From assembly GCA_029261065.1 (NCBI GenBank), contig JAJDCB010000011.1, forward strand, positions 47,168-111,167: a DNA stretch of 64,000 nt, given 5' to 3'. The stretch is from Candidatus Omnitrophota bacterium. GTDB taxonomy: Bacteria > Omnitrophota > Gorgyraeia > Zapsychrales > Zapsychraceae. Position numbers and translations under genes: made by a program. Shown one piece after another: positions 1 to 12,500 of this stretch (position 1 is its first letter; each line of letters opens with the position of its first letter). The notes beneath the pieces were generated by a model. The model made no database searches and was not told the DNA's origin. It saw only the letters and a program-made list of their open reading frames with translations.

Positions 1-560
1 TTGATGCCAAGGTTTACATTGATCAATAATGCGACTCAATCTTTAAGAGGAGCCACTCGATCCTTTGTGCATGGGAATTACAATCAATCCATCATCCAAT
101 TTACCAAAGCCATCAAACAATCGGATAACAAGTGGGATGAGCCTTATTTGGGACGAGGAAAGGTCTATTTGGAGCTTAAAGAATATAAATTTGCTGAAAT
201 GGATTTTCGAATGGCTTTATCTTTAGGAAGTGATAATCGTGAAGCGAAAATGTATTTAGGGCGTTCATTATACTTTCAAGGACAGTTTCATGCCGCGGAT
301 CAAATATTTTCACACCTAACGGTAGCTCAATTTGATCGTCGAGATTTTTATCTCTGGCAAGCAGCTCTGTTTATTCAATTAGAACAATGGAGACGTGCCC
401 TATTTGTTTTAAATGCCTATATTGATTTTATTCCTTCTCATCCGACGGCCCTGATATATCGTATCTATACACATACAAAACTCGATCAACTAGATTTAGC
501 GCATGAAGACATAAGAAGGCTTTTTGCCATTGGGTATGCTCATGATAAGTTTGATTTTAT
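1..560 (+). other. TPR-like repeat region (domain of giant ORF)
   Basis: Translation shows 34-residue helical repeats with the W/LG/Y...A...F...A pattern (e.g. ...GRGKVYLELKEYKFAEMDFRMALSLGSDNREAKMYLGRSLYFQGQFHAADQIF...). Confidence 0.5.
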
Positions 561-3500
561 TAAGGAGGAAATGGTAATTACTAATTCTGCAACATATGAT
601 CAAATAATTAACGCTTGGAGAACAGGAATAGAACAAATTAAAGCTTGGCAAGCAAACCTTGAAGCTTTAAATGAACGTGAAGAGAAAATTATACATCAAG
701 TTTATGATGCACAAATTTCAATCGTCAATCACAATAAGCGACAACGGGTTATTTTAAAATTACCGAAAACAAGTTCTTTCGAATATGTTCAGTCGCTTCA
801 TGAGGGCAATACGGTAGTTAAAATCCATGATAAATCTACCGATCAAGTGTTATTAGTTGGATACTACCAAAGTAACAGTAGCAAAGTCTTGTATATTCAT
901 GATGCCAAAAATATTTATGAGATAGGTCCCGGACAAATCTATGACGCAGTAAATTCTCCCATTCCCTATCATACACAAAACAATATTCCTGTAATAAACT
1001 TAGTGGATCTTCTGAAAGTTGATTCTTACGTTGACTCTTTTTTAAGTGTTGGTGTAAGTTCAAGTCCACTAACCATAGATATCCTAAGATTAGAAAAAAG
1101 ACGAACTAGTTTTACTGACGAAGAACGTGCTTATTTACATTCAGTCATTGAATATGCCTATGACAGTAAGCTGTTTTCTTATTCTAATTTAGCCCGTATA
1201 TCCAGTATTGTCGCCCCAAGGCCAATCCATAGAACAACTGTGGAAAGATTTATAGAGAATCCAAATAATAATTTTAACAAATCAGTTTTATTAACAATAG
1301 CTTACATTGTCGAAGACCTTCTAGACGATAACTTGGCTATAAGTTATCTCATTCAAAAGAATCTGGAAAGAGTAGAAAAAGTAGACGAAGTAGAAAGATT
1401 AAGAAAAGATACGAAGTATGCGCTTGATCAAAACATTTTTGAAATTTCTGAGATGGTAACAATCGTAAAGATGGAACCAACAGCCATCATTAATTTCTCT
1501 ACAGGTTTTCATGTAATGCCCACCCCTGATAACTTAGATGCCCTATGGGTTATTATGCAAGACATTAAACGTAGAGATATTCATGATTACGAGACAGGGG
1601 ATCTTCAAGCGCAATTAAGTCAGTTAATGGAAGATGGCCAAACAACAGAGCTCAGTTTAGCTCGTTTATCACAACACTTTGAAGATTCTTTTACGATGCC
1701 TCAATTGAGACGTTTTATGTACGGTCATGAGCCAGCGGCAAAAACCATTAGAGGTTTAATGTTGGTAGTAGGTCTATACAACGCACGCTCACAAATGGAA
1801 CAAGAAATTAAGACGGTACAAACGCAAGAACTTAAAAGGAGGCTGGAGCTTGTTAATCAAATGATCTTTGTAAGCCAAACGAATGAATCAATTATTCAAT
1901 TAAATGAGGAACAAAAGCAATTCGTTGTTTTAGTGTTAGGTTCGAGGGCTGTACTTGTTATGAATGAAGAAGAACAATTAGAGAAGGAAGAAAGAATACA
2001 AATAATTATAAAAACTAGAAAATACCAAAAATTAGAAAAAGAGCGTTTATTGACACAAGCACGAACAGAGATAAGAAATCAAAGAAGATTAAACAGAGAG
2101 CAGAAGAAAGAAGGAATGAGACGAGCCAAAGTACAGCGTAAAGAAAAGCGTAAGCCCAAAGTAGGAAAACATAAATCAAAAACGATAAAACCAAAAAAAG
2201 AAAGAAAAAATTCAAAAGCCTCAGTTAAAGGCAAACCAAAAACAAAACAAAAATTGCCTATAGCCCTACAGAAGTTGAAAGATGCTGAGAGCTTAATGGA
2301 AGAAGCAAGTACGATACCTTGGAGTTCTTCGCCACTCAAGCAACCACCTGATGCTCAATTGCAAGATATGGATAGAGTTTATATTTTGGTTATGACAATT
2401 TTAGGTATGTTCATATATAACTTTGCAGGACAGCTAAATATTGTTTTTGTAACGATTGCATTAACATTTGCAATAGGTGCCGTTTACCAGCTTAATAAAT
2501 ATAGAAAAATAAAATTAGCCAATATTGAAAGAATTTATTCACTCTCTAAAAATAATTATACATTTAAGAATCTTGTCGATGAAATATTATTTTCTGCTCA
2601 GTTAATTGGTGTTTTGGAAGTTTTTATTAGTGTAACAGGTGCGTTTCGTTTTGTTCTGGAGTTTCTCAAAGTTGGTTTTAATTTTTGGACTGGTATTTTA
2701 ATTCTGCTTACGACTCTTGGGATACCTCTATATGTCATTGCGTTTAAAGCGTTAAAAGATTCTCATGAGGATGACACGATTGATTTTGTAGAAAGATTAG
2801 TTCAAAAAACTAAAATAAAAGAAGAGGAAGTCGTTTCAGAAAATCAGGGTGTAAATAAGAAAGTTATGCCTTTAAAATCTGGAAAGGGATCGCAGGGACC
2901 TCCAGAAGTTAAAGATCGACCTAAGAAAACCTTACCTAGTGCTTCCCTTAATGCTCCTCGCGGACCAAGAAAAGCCAGCCAGAAAAATAGAATAACAACA
3001 CAAAACAACAAACCTACCCATTCTATTTCGTCATTTTTAGAACGATACAACAACGAAATCCTTCAAGGGCGTCTAAAAATTATAGTGGTACCAAGTAAAT
3101 TAAATAATCTAATCATCGACACGCCATTATATATCCAAGGAGATAATAGGGCTTCTCGTATGTTAATTACGTATATTCAAAAAGTCATTAGTCTAAACAA
3201 AGGTAATAAGAAAAAACAAGAAATAATCTTAACTGTCATCGGCACACGCAATGGCGTAAGACTTACAGGAACAATCAGCCATTCGAGATTACTTAATAAA
3301 AGGGAGTTAATCTCCATTAGGCGATGGCAAAAGGAAATGTTTTTTGATCTATTCGACGCTTTAAAGGGAGAGATCCGTGTCTCGATGCACAACAATCAAA
3401 GTATTTTAGTTTTAAACATTCCTTCTAAATCTTCTTCACCGCTTCAGATAAGTTATATATCAAGAAATATTGGAATAAACAAAAACAGATCCAGTGTCTT

Positions 3501-6500
3501 GGTGAGAGACAAAGGATCTGTTCTTATATATTCTAATAGCGCAAAGTTATTTCAGGAAGGTAAAGAAGATGCCCGACATGACGCCAATTTGGCCAACCCA
3601 GAAGATAAACATCGAACGAGTTATTCTGGATTCAAATTGAGCGAGTTTGCGTTCATATCTTTCCTCCAGATACTCAAGCAGATTTTCTCTAGATCGATGT
3701 TCAATTCTATCAAGCATGTTAACCAACGCCTCAGCTCCTTCTTCCGTGAGTTTATCACGAAGGATTTTTGGAATGTTTATCACAATTCCCATACCGTTCC
3801 CCTTTCTTTAAACAGATTATTACGAATGGATCTTATCGGGGAAACAACGTATTGGGGGATCCGGTATGTTTCAAATATAACATTGATCAATATATCCGTC
3901 AAGATTTTTGCCTCAAGCCCTGCCCGAAGAATAAAGGCTGAAGGAGGAATTTTTGGAGTTCTTAATAGGGTTAGTCGGATTCGAGAATTTTTTGAGAATA
4001 GAACGGTAAGGCGTGATCCGCATGACAAAATTGTTTTAATGACAGAATACATAGAAGCAGCGTTTGAGAAGTTTAAATCAACGGAAAGTTGGGCGCGGTC
4101 AAATCATGTTATAGCCTTGGCGGTGGAGTTAGAGAAGATTGAAGTTTTTATGCATTCTTTTGTTTCGCGGAATAAGAGATATGTTCAGCAACTGGACTAC
4201 GTTGTATTACTTAATATTGTTGGTATTACGCAACAGTGGTTACAGATGATAGAAGGTCCTTCTGATACAGATGAGACAAATATGATTCATCATGAAAAGA
4301 AAAAAGAGCGAATTCAAGAAGCTCTAGAAACAAGAAAACGAGTTGAGGATTCATTAAAACGTTCAAACAAACCTAATCGAAGGCATAGCTCATCATCGGC
4401 ATTAATAACAAGGGAACTTAGCCTTAGTAAAGCATTGATTAAGAAGGTCAGAAGGACAGGCGAACTTGTAGTATCTGTCTGGGGATCGGCAAGAGTAAAG
4501 ACGCCGAGTTTAACTCAGCCATTAAAAGATGCTGAAGACTTTGCGAGTCAGATCGGAGAAAAGATAGAAATTAAAACAACAGTAGTGACAGGTGGAGGCC
4601 CTGCGATTATGGAAGCGGGAAATAAGGGGCAGAGATTGGCCGATCCTAAGTTCAAAGGTCATTCTATTGGGTTATCTATTGCGTTACCTTTTGAGCAGTA
4701 TTCAAATACATTTTTAGATAAGAACATAACTTTTAAATATTTCTTCACCAGGATTTTGACCTTTTTGCAGTTAAGTCATGTCTTTACAGCTTTTAAGGGA
4801 GGAGCGGGGACCCTGCATGAAGTGTTTGAAATTTTGGTCTTAAAAGATAAAGGAGATACGGATGCCGAGGTTATCTTAGTGGACAAATCATTTTTTGGAT
4901 TGATTCAGGTCATATTAGAGAAGATGAAGGACCTTGGTTATGTCCGTCATATTTCTGATGAGCTTATTTATATTGTTGATTCGGCGAACGATGCTTCAGA
5001 GTATTTAAGAAAACAACGTAATAAATTATTGGCCCAAATTGAACTAAGAAGAAAGCAAAAAGTTGATTTTAAGATAACGGATATTATTAAAGACTTTAGA
5101 CAAGCAAAGAAGGATTTTGCTCATGTTAAAAAATCGGTAGCGATTGTTGGATCAAGTTACATGACAAAAGAAAATCATCTATACACTTATTTACGATTGT
5201 TAGGATTAACACAAGGGTTATTTAAGGAAGGTTATACCCTTCTTACAAGAGGCGGTTTAATTACGCAATCAGCTCATGAGGTCCTTGAGAAGCAGGGTTT
5301 AAGTGAAGAAAGATTAATCCGTGTCGGATTAAACGGAGGAGATAAGTTAAGAGATGAATTTATCGATGGTATATCGCCCAAAAAATTCAAAGATATTAGA
5401 TTCTCTCAACGTTTTAGCCGTGATGCGGCGATGGAACTGGCGGCTAAAGAAGGCATCATCTTCTTCCCAGGCGGTGTTGGCACGATGTTAATCTTTAGTC
5501 GAATGTTAAGTTTACTGCAGACAGAAAAGTTAGATAAAGACAAACAACACAAACGACCATTAATCCTCGTTGATTCAGAGTTCTGGAAACCGGTTGATCA
5601 ATGGGTTCAACAGGCGATTGATCAAGGGCTTATCAGCAAGGTGGTCAGAAGTTATTACACCATCATTGATCTTGATGAGAATGTAACAGAGAAAGTTACC
5701 GGTATTCTTCGTTCAAATCAGATTGCTTCAAGTCCTATAATTAATGAAAATGACAAATCTGATGGTGAAGATTCTAATATTCACTCTTCATCGCCAATAA
5801 CAGATTTTACTTTGGATGAGAACATCGGTTTACACCTCCAAAGTGAAATTCAGTTGAGTTCACCTATGAAGAAACTTAAGAAATTGGCCAAAGAGAAGCA
5901 TCTAAGTCTTGAATTTTTTATGCGTATCGAGAAATTAGCACCCACGCACAGAGAAGATTTAAAAGCTTTATTAATTGATACCATTTTTCCAAATGTTATT
6001 GATAACCTATCATTACTGCAACAGCATTTTTATGATAAGGGGATGCGTTTGAGAGCGTTAAAAACATTCATTAGGAGTCTTAAAAAGGTTCAAAAAATTC
6101 TAAGTCAATATTATCGAAAGAATTCAAGAAACAAAGTTTTTCAGAACATTTATAAATTTGTGGATGGAGATGTTTTTCATAATCTTTTTCAAGCTCTTAT
6201 TAAATATTTTAGTAAGAAAAGTAATGAGTTTTTAGAGCAGGAAGATGTTCAAGAAAATATTAAGGAGCTTCATAAGTATATTCTAGACGTCATCCATATC
6301 ATTAGTACTTTAGATTGGTTGCATGATGCACCTCAAGAAGGACTTATAAAAGATGTTCATTTAGGAGTAAACATAGATTGGGCAAAGATGATAATTGGTT
6401 TTGATCCTTATTACGTAGAGAGTCTAATGGAATCATTAAATGAAAGAAGTATTTTAGATGAATTTAATCATTCTCATGGAAAAATATCAAATCTTAAAAA

Positions 6501-9500
6501 TTTATATTTTGAGAGTATTACTTTTGTTTTTATGGAAGTTTTATTAAATGCGATTTTTTATGGCAGCGATAACATAATTATTAAAACACGTTTGGAACGA
6601 AATAGGAAATATGTGGTTATTGAAATAGAAAATAAAGGTCGTTTAGGTGTTGATGAAGATAAATTATTCAATTTTTATCGTAGCTTTGCTGGTAAGAAAC
6701 TTGATATCGCGGTAACGGGTGATGGTTTTGGTTTAGCTTTGTCACGTCTCTTTGTGGAGTTACATGGGGGGACAATTAGAATTGAAGATTATAGAAGTTC
6801 ATCAGAAGAAAATTGGGTGCGCACAACAATAAGGTTGCCGAATGTTTCTAGTTTAGATGCTAATAGAAGAAAACAAAAGTTATTTAGAGAAAAGAGATCT
6901 TCAATGTCCCCAATGATAGAGCTAATAGACAAAGAAAAATTTAACTGGGATCATTTGAATCCTTTGTCTCAAGCTCCGCCGAAAGCTAATGCGTCATTTA
7001 AAAAGACCGCCACCTCCAGTCCACTTCAAACCCTCACAATTAATACAATTGACGTTAGTTTAAACCCAGTCCTTGACCCAACAGTATTGTCCTGGATGTT
7101 AGTGTTAGTACCTTTAGCTATTTTAGTTTTCCTTTTCCATTTTGCAGCCCATTATGTATCAAATGATCATCGACTTACCCAACTTAGAGAATGGTTTGCT
7201 GCTCAAACACGGGATCAGTTGTTACAAAAAGTTTATAATTCCGAAATGGGATTTTTTACAAGTCCATATTATCAAATAGCGAAAGCTGAGCGAAAGATTG
7301 CAAAGAGAATTGTTGCCCTCATAAAAAATCCAGAAGACTTAATGCAAGAGCCAAAGGTATTTAGCGATGTTGCCATTAAGACGCAATTGATAACGAGATT
7401 AAGACTCCTTTCCTTACCGATTGATTTTGTTATGGCTGTCTTGTCGGAGGTTAGTCAAAAAGATAAAAATTTAATGGTTCAAGAAAAGGCAAAAGAAGTA
7501 TTAAGCCGCCTAAGAGCTATCGGTGAGCAGTGGAGCAAGTTTACTCAAGCCATCTCTATAAGAGACAAAGATAATGATAATGAAGGGGCGTTAAAATTAT
7601 TTGAAGAAATTGAAGAAATGTTGCCAGATTGGGAGGCTGTTCATTTTGAAAAAGGAGTTACCTTTGAGGAGATGCATCGGTATGAACAAGCAGAACAGTC
7701 TTTTCAAGAAGCGGCAACATTAAGTAATAGTTCAAGAGCTTATACGAGATTGGGTCAGTTGCGTAATGATCGAAGAGATTATGAGGGCGCACAAACAGCC
7801 TATCGACAAAGTATTACAGCGTATAGAGGAGATTCGCAAACGTTACACTATTATCTCGGAGATGTTCAGGCGGAGTTAGAAAATTATGACGAAGCGATTC
7901 AAAATCTCAACGTAACAATCAAAGCCAAATCTCGGAGAAGCGATGAGATCAAGATGCGAAGGGATGCTCACCTAAGACTTGGTGAGATTTATGTTTATAA
8001 AGGAAATAGAGATAAGGCCTTACATAATATAGAAACGGCCCTTCATACAACAAAATTACAGGTAGCCATTGATTTATTGCCGTCTCTAAAGAAGTATATT
8101 TTTAATCGACCTGAAGGGCAGGAATTTTTTGAAATGTTGCAAGATTCAAAAATGTTTTCAGAAGAAAAAGAATCGATTCTAAAAATTATTGATCGGATAC
8201 AAAGCAACACAACAATTCAAAAACAATATCCAGAGCTTATGGTTAAGTTGGATGTTGAATTTAGGAGATGGGGCATGATGCCCAACATCAGTGAAGCGAC
8301 TAAGAAATCACTAAGGCTTAATGCAGAGTCTGTTGGAGCAAGAGTTGATCGTTTTGACTTTACTGTAGAGATGCTAAATATTTATACTTCTAAAGATTAC
8401 CAGATTTCAGATCGTTATTTTGTTGTAGAGACAAAATTAGTTCATTTGTATTTTATTCAAAGACAGACAGCGCGATCGTCACAAGAGTTATTATTTTTTG
8501 TCCAACGGGTATCTGATAAATCAATTCAATTAATTATCCCAGAGGATAATACAGTTATCACTTTACACGGTGATCAGCTTTATTGGCAAGGTTTACCTAT
8601 TAATACAATAACGCCACCCACTATATATCTGGCGGATCTCCAGCATTTAAGCCCGAGTGTGAAGAAATTTATTTTAGTTTCCAGCCCGATGCCCCCCCCA
8701 TCAGAATCAAGGCAAGAAGGAATTCCGAATTTTCAGGTTACTCGTGTATTTGTACTTATTCATGCTCTTTTATTTATCGTTTCACTATTGGTTAATTTAT
8801 CTTATAACGGTTTATTTATAGTATTAAGCGTTCTTGGAGGATTAATCGTTGATCGAAGTTATGGCGGACGAACGATAGAGCAAGTCTTTAGTGGGACAAT
8901 GATCTATGATCGACGGCTATATCAGTATATCCGTCACCCCATTTATCTTGGGTATAGTAATATATTTATAAGTTTATACTTGGCCACAGATTTATTTGCG
9001 ATAGAAATGTTTTCTTTAGTGTTATTGGTAGTGTTTTTACTAGGAATTATAGACGAAGATATCGCATTGAAAAATAAATTTAGTGCAATGGCAGAAACAA
9101 CCGATAATCCACAGGGGATTGCGGAAGTTGCCGCATACTTTGAATACAAAAATAAAACGCCTATTATTCTACCTAAAATTAGAAATATTAAATCTATGGT
9201 GATTGATATTATTTATGGAGAAGGATCATCGCCATTCAAAGGAATAAAAACCATCTATAAAGTCTGGAATATTCTTCATTTAACGTCGTTGTTGCTATTT
9301 AAATTATCCTTAAAAGGGATTTGGAAATTTATACGGGCTGCTTATTATTCGCCATTTAGATTCATTAGTTTTGTTGCAACGTTGGATAAACGAAGTTACA
9401 CACTTTTAAAATACATTGATCGTGACGGAGATGTGAACCTAAATCAGGTTTTAATTGATCTAGATAAAAATTTAATTTTTGGAATATACGAAGTAGTTGA

Positions 9501-12500
9501 CCTAAATATGTTTGAAGGCGTAATGAAAGTGCTTGGAGTTGATTCGAAACATATAAGAATTAAATCCAATGGGGCTCCATGGATGTTGCATCTTTTTGAT
9601 ACGTATCAAATGATGGGTTGGGGTGGCTATAAAAACGGAGTTCGAATTGAAAACTTAGATATGACACAATTTAGCTTTGTTTTTCATACACTATTTATGC
9701 CTAATGCACCGTACAAGTATATTTTGAACAAAAGAAGTCAACAGAAGATAATACAAAAAAGAAATCACACGCATTTAGATTCGAGACGAAAGGTAGTTGT
9801 TGTTGGGTCCGTAAATAGAGAGAATGTTGATTTTCTTGTCGATATTTATAATCAATTTGAACCCACTCAAAGGCCGTTATTGATTTTTGCGATGAGGAAC
9901 GATAATCAAATGACGAAAGAAAATCTTTCCTTTAGAGATGATATAAGCGTTGCCACACGTAGATCCGTTGATCCCTATTTAACAGCACAAAACATACCAT
10001 TTAAAGACTTAGATGTTGTTATTTTAACGACCCAAGGTGAATTGAAAGATTTATATGCAATCGCAGATGTAAGTATTATAGGACCAGATCAAAATATGAA
10101 TGAGTCTATGACAAATGAAGTCTTTACATTCCATTTTGGTAACAAAAATGAGTGGATCAATAACGCGTTAATTTTAAAAATAGCCAAAAAGTTTAATGCC
10201 GTCAAACAAATCCGTGTACCAACATTTTTTATAGACTTACAAGACGCGTTAAATAATCCAACTCAAAAGCAAGGAGCTCTTCGTAAATCTAATGAATACT
10301 TCGATAACATTATCATACCAACAGAACAGTTGCTTGCCAGATTATATATTGCCAACGCCCTATTAGGAGACGTCAAGACTGGCTCAAGTCCTCTTTACCT
10401 AATAGAAAGTGACAGGCACCAATTAAGCTCGCCCATGAGCGGGAATCGAAATAAAAGGGTGCCTGTCACGGATTATTTTTTTATTAGAAATTATTGGAAA
10501 TTTCGTCGTAAGGCACAAGTGAATGACGTGCATGTTGAAGATAGCATTGATGCAGAATTTACGACAGATAAAGAAGGAGAGGTTAAAGAAGACCCTTCAT
10601 CAGCTCTTAAAGAGCAAGGAGAAGGATATGGTTATAAACAAATTGTATTAAATATGACATCAATTTCAAGCCCATTAAATCCATCAGATATAAAGAAAGA
10701 GGGTATTGAAAGGGTTGTTCAACAATTAAACCAAAATGGTTTTAGCCAAAGACAATCTGAAATTATCGCGGATGAACTTGTCAGTAGCCTTAAGTGGCTT
10801 AAACGATGGTTTGCTAATTTTGAGGAGCTTAGTAAAAAACAACAAAATAAAATTTTAAAAGACGCCCTTTGGTATAGCAAAAATTTAAAATCTTATAAGA
10901 CGTATAAACATATTAGAAAAATTAAATTTTCTAGTCATTTGCTTAGCTTTATTATTATGTTAGTTGCGTTAAGAGGGATAGTTTTTGACGAAGACTTCTT
11001 GGTTTTAAATTGGATGACGTTAGTCCTTAGTATCGTATCAATTTTATTAACTATCGGGTATGAGATTTGGGATGTTATAACGGATCAAGGGTATTATTTA
11101 GAGAAAACAAACTCGGTAAAAATCAGAATTAAAGCTACGGATAATGAATCAAAATTAAGAGAGCGTGTCGCTCATGAGTTAGCGCATGATTTTCTTAAGA
11201 AAGAAATCGTTGTTGAAGCCTTTGCTCGTTTACGTCTTCTAGCAGGAGGACATCAACATATGAATCCTGATGTTGTCAAAGTCGTCGAGGAGTTTCCTGG
11301 TGATCTCAAAAAGGTTCAAGAAGTTCTTAAAGCCAGAGCCAAAAAACCAACAGGCATTTACTCTTATATTATTCTTAAATTCATCTATCCTTCCATATGG
11401 GAATATGATTACGCTCATCAACTTGCACAAGTCATCTATCATCTCTCCCAATACAACGATAAACGAGCCTTCCAGACGGTATTTCTATTAAATAAAAAGT
11501 ATTCTCTAGAAAAAGCATTAAAAATGAGTGCTGAGTCGAGTTCTGCAATGAGTGTGAAAGCCAATGATAAGAAGGTAAGAAAAATAACAAGTGACAGGCA
11601 CCAATTAAGCTCGCCCATGAGCGGGAATCGAAATAAAAGGGTGCCTGTCACGGATTATTTAGTTAATAGTTTACAGTTTAATTCATTAATAAGCTTAGAC
11701 GGCTTTAGAAGCAATTTAGAGTTAACCTCCAGCGAGAGAATAGGTTCTCGAGAATTGACCCTATTTATTCCTGTTTTTGCCAATTTAGCAATGAGACGAT
11801 CAGAGGAAGCTGGACGAGCGAGGCGGACATCAAAGCCTTTTTCACGGAGTTTGAGTGATATTTCTCTCGGTATATTTTCATCACAAATAATACGCATTAT
11901 TCAATTTTTTAATAGTTTACCTAAACGCTACGGATTCGCCGCGTTTCATAAGGTCACTGGCAAAGGAAAGGGCCGCTTTAATGTGCTGTTTGGTCAATTG
12001 AGGATAGTAACGGGTAAAAATCTCCGATGGGCTAACACCCGCTTGGAGAAGTTCAAGTACCAGGTAAACCATTATGCGAGTACCTTTAAAGCAGGGTTTA
12101 CCGTGGCAGATTTTTGGATTGATAGTTATATAATTTTTATAATTATTCATAAAAAGAAGTTCCAGCGCTTGATTAATATATTTAAAAGTAACATAGATAA
12201 TTCTTTAGGTCAAGTTGCGGTTGCGGAAAGTCGTGGACTTGGCTTTAGGCGTTCTTTAGTAAGCGTGAGCGAAGACATCATTATCCCGCAAGCAAGCTCA
12301 TCTCCGCTTAGCAGTAAGAAAGATCTATATAAATATAAATTTAATCAGATTAACTGGAAATCGGAGCGTCGTCGCGTGAAAGAGGCCCTTCGCCAGGTTA
12401 AAAACGGCAGACGCTTTAGCAATCGCATTACAGCATATGTGGATGGAGAACAAATATGGGGTAGGTCGGGACATAATGATATTTATGACTGGATGCCAGA

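Noticed and set aside
11439-11651. Minus-strand ORFs MTGTLLFRFPLMGELNWCLSL... (11439-11651) and MTGTPLSRSPLIGELNWCLSL... (25290-25481)
   Set aside because: They are simply the reverse-strand reading of the palindromic repeat copies, not independent genes.
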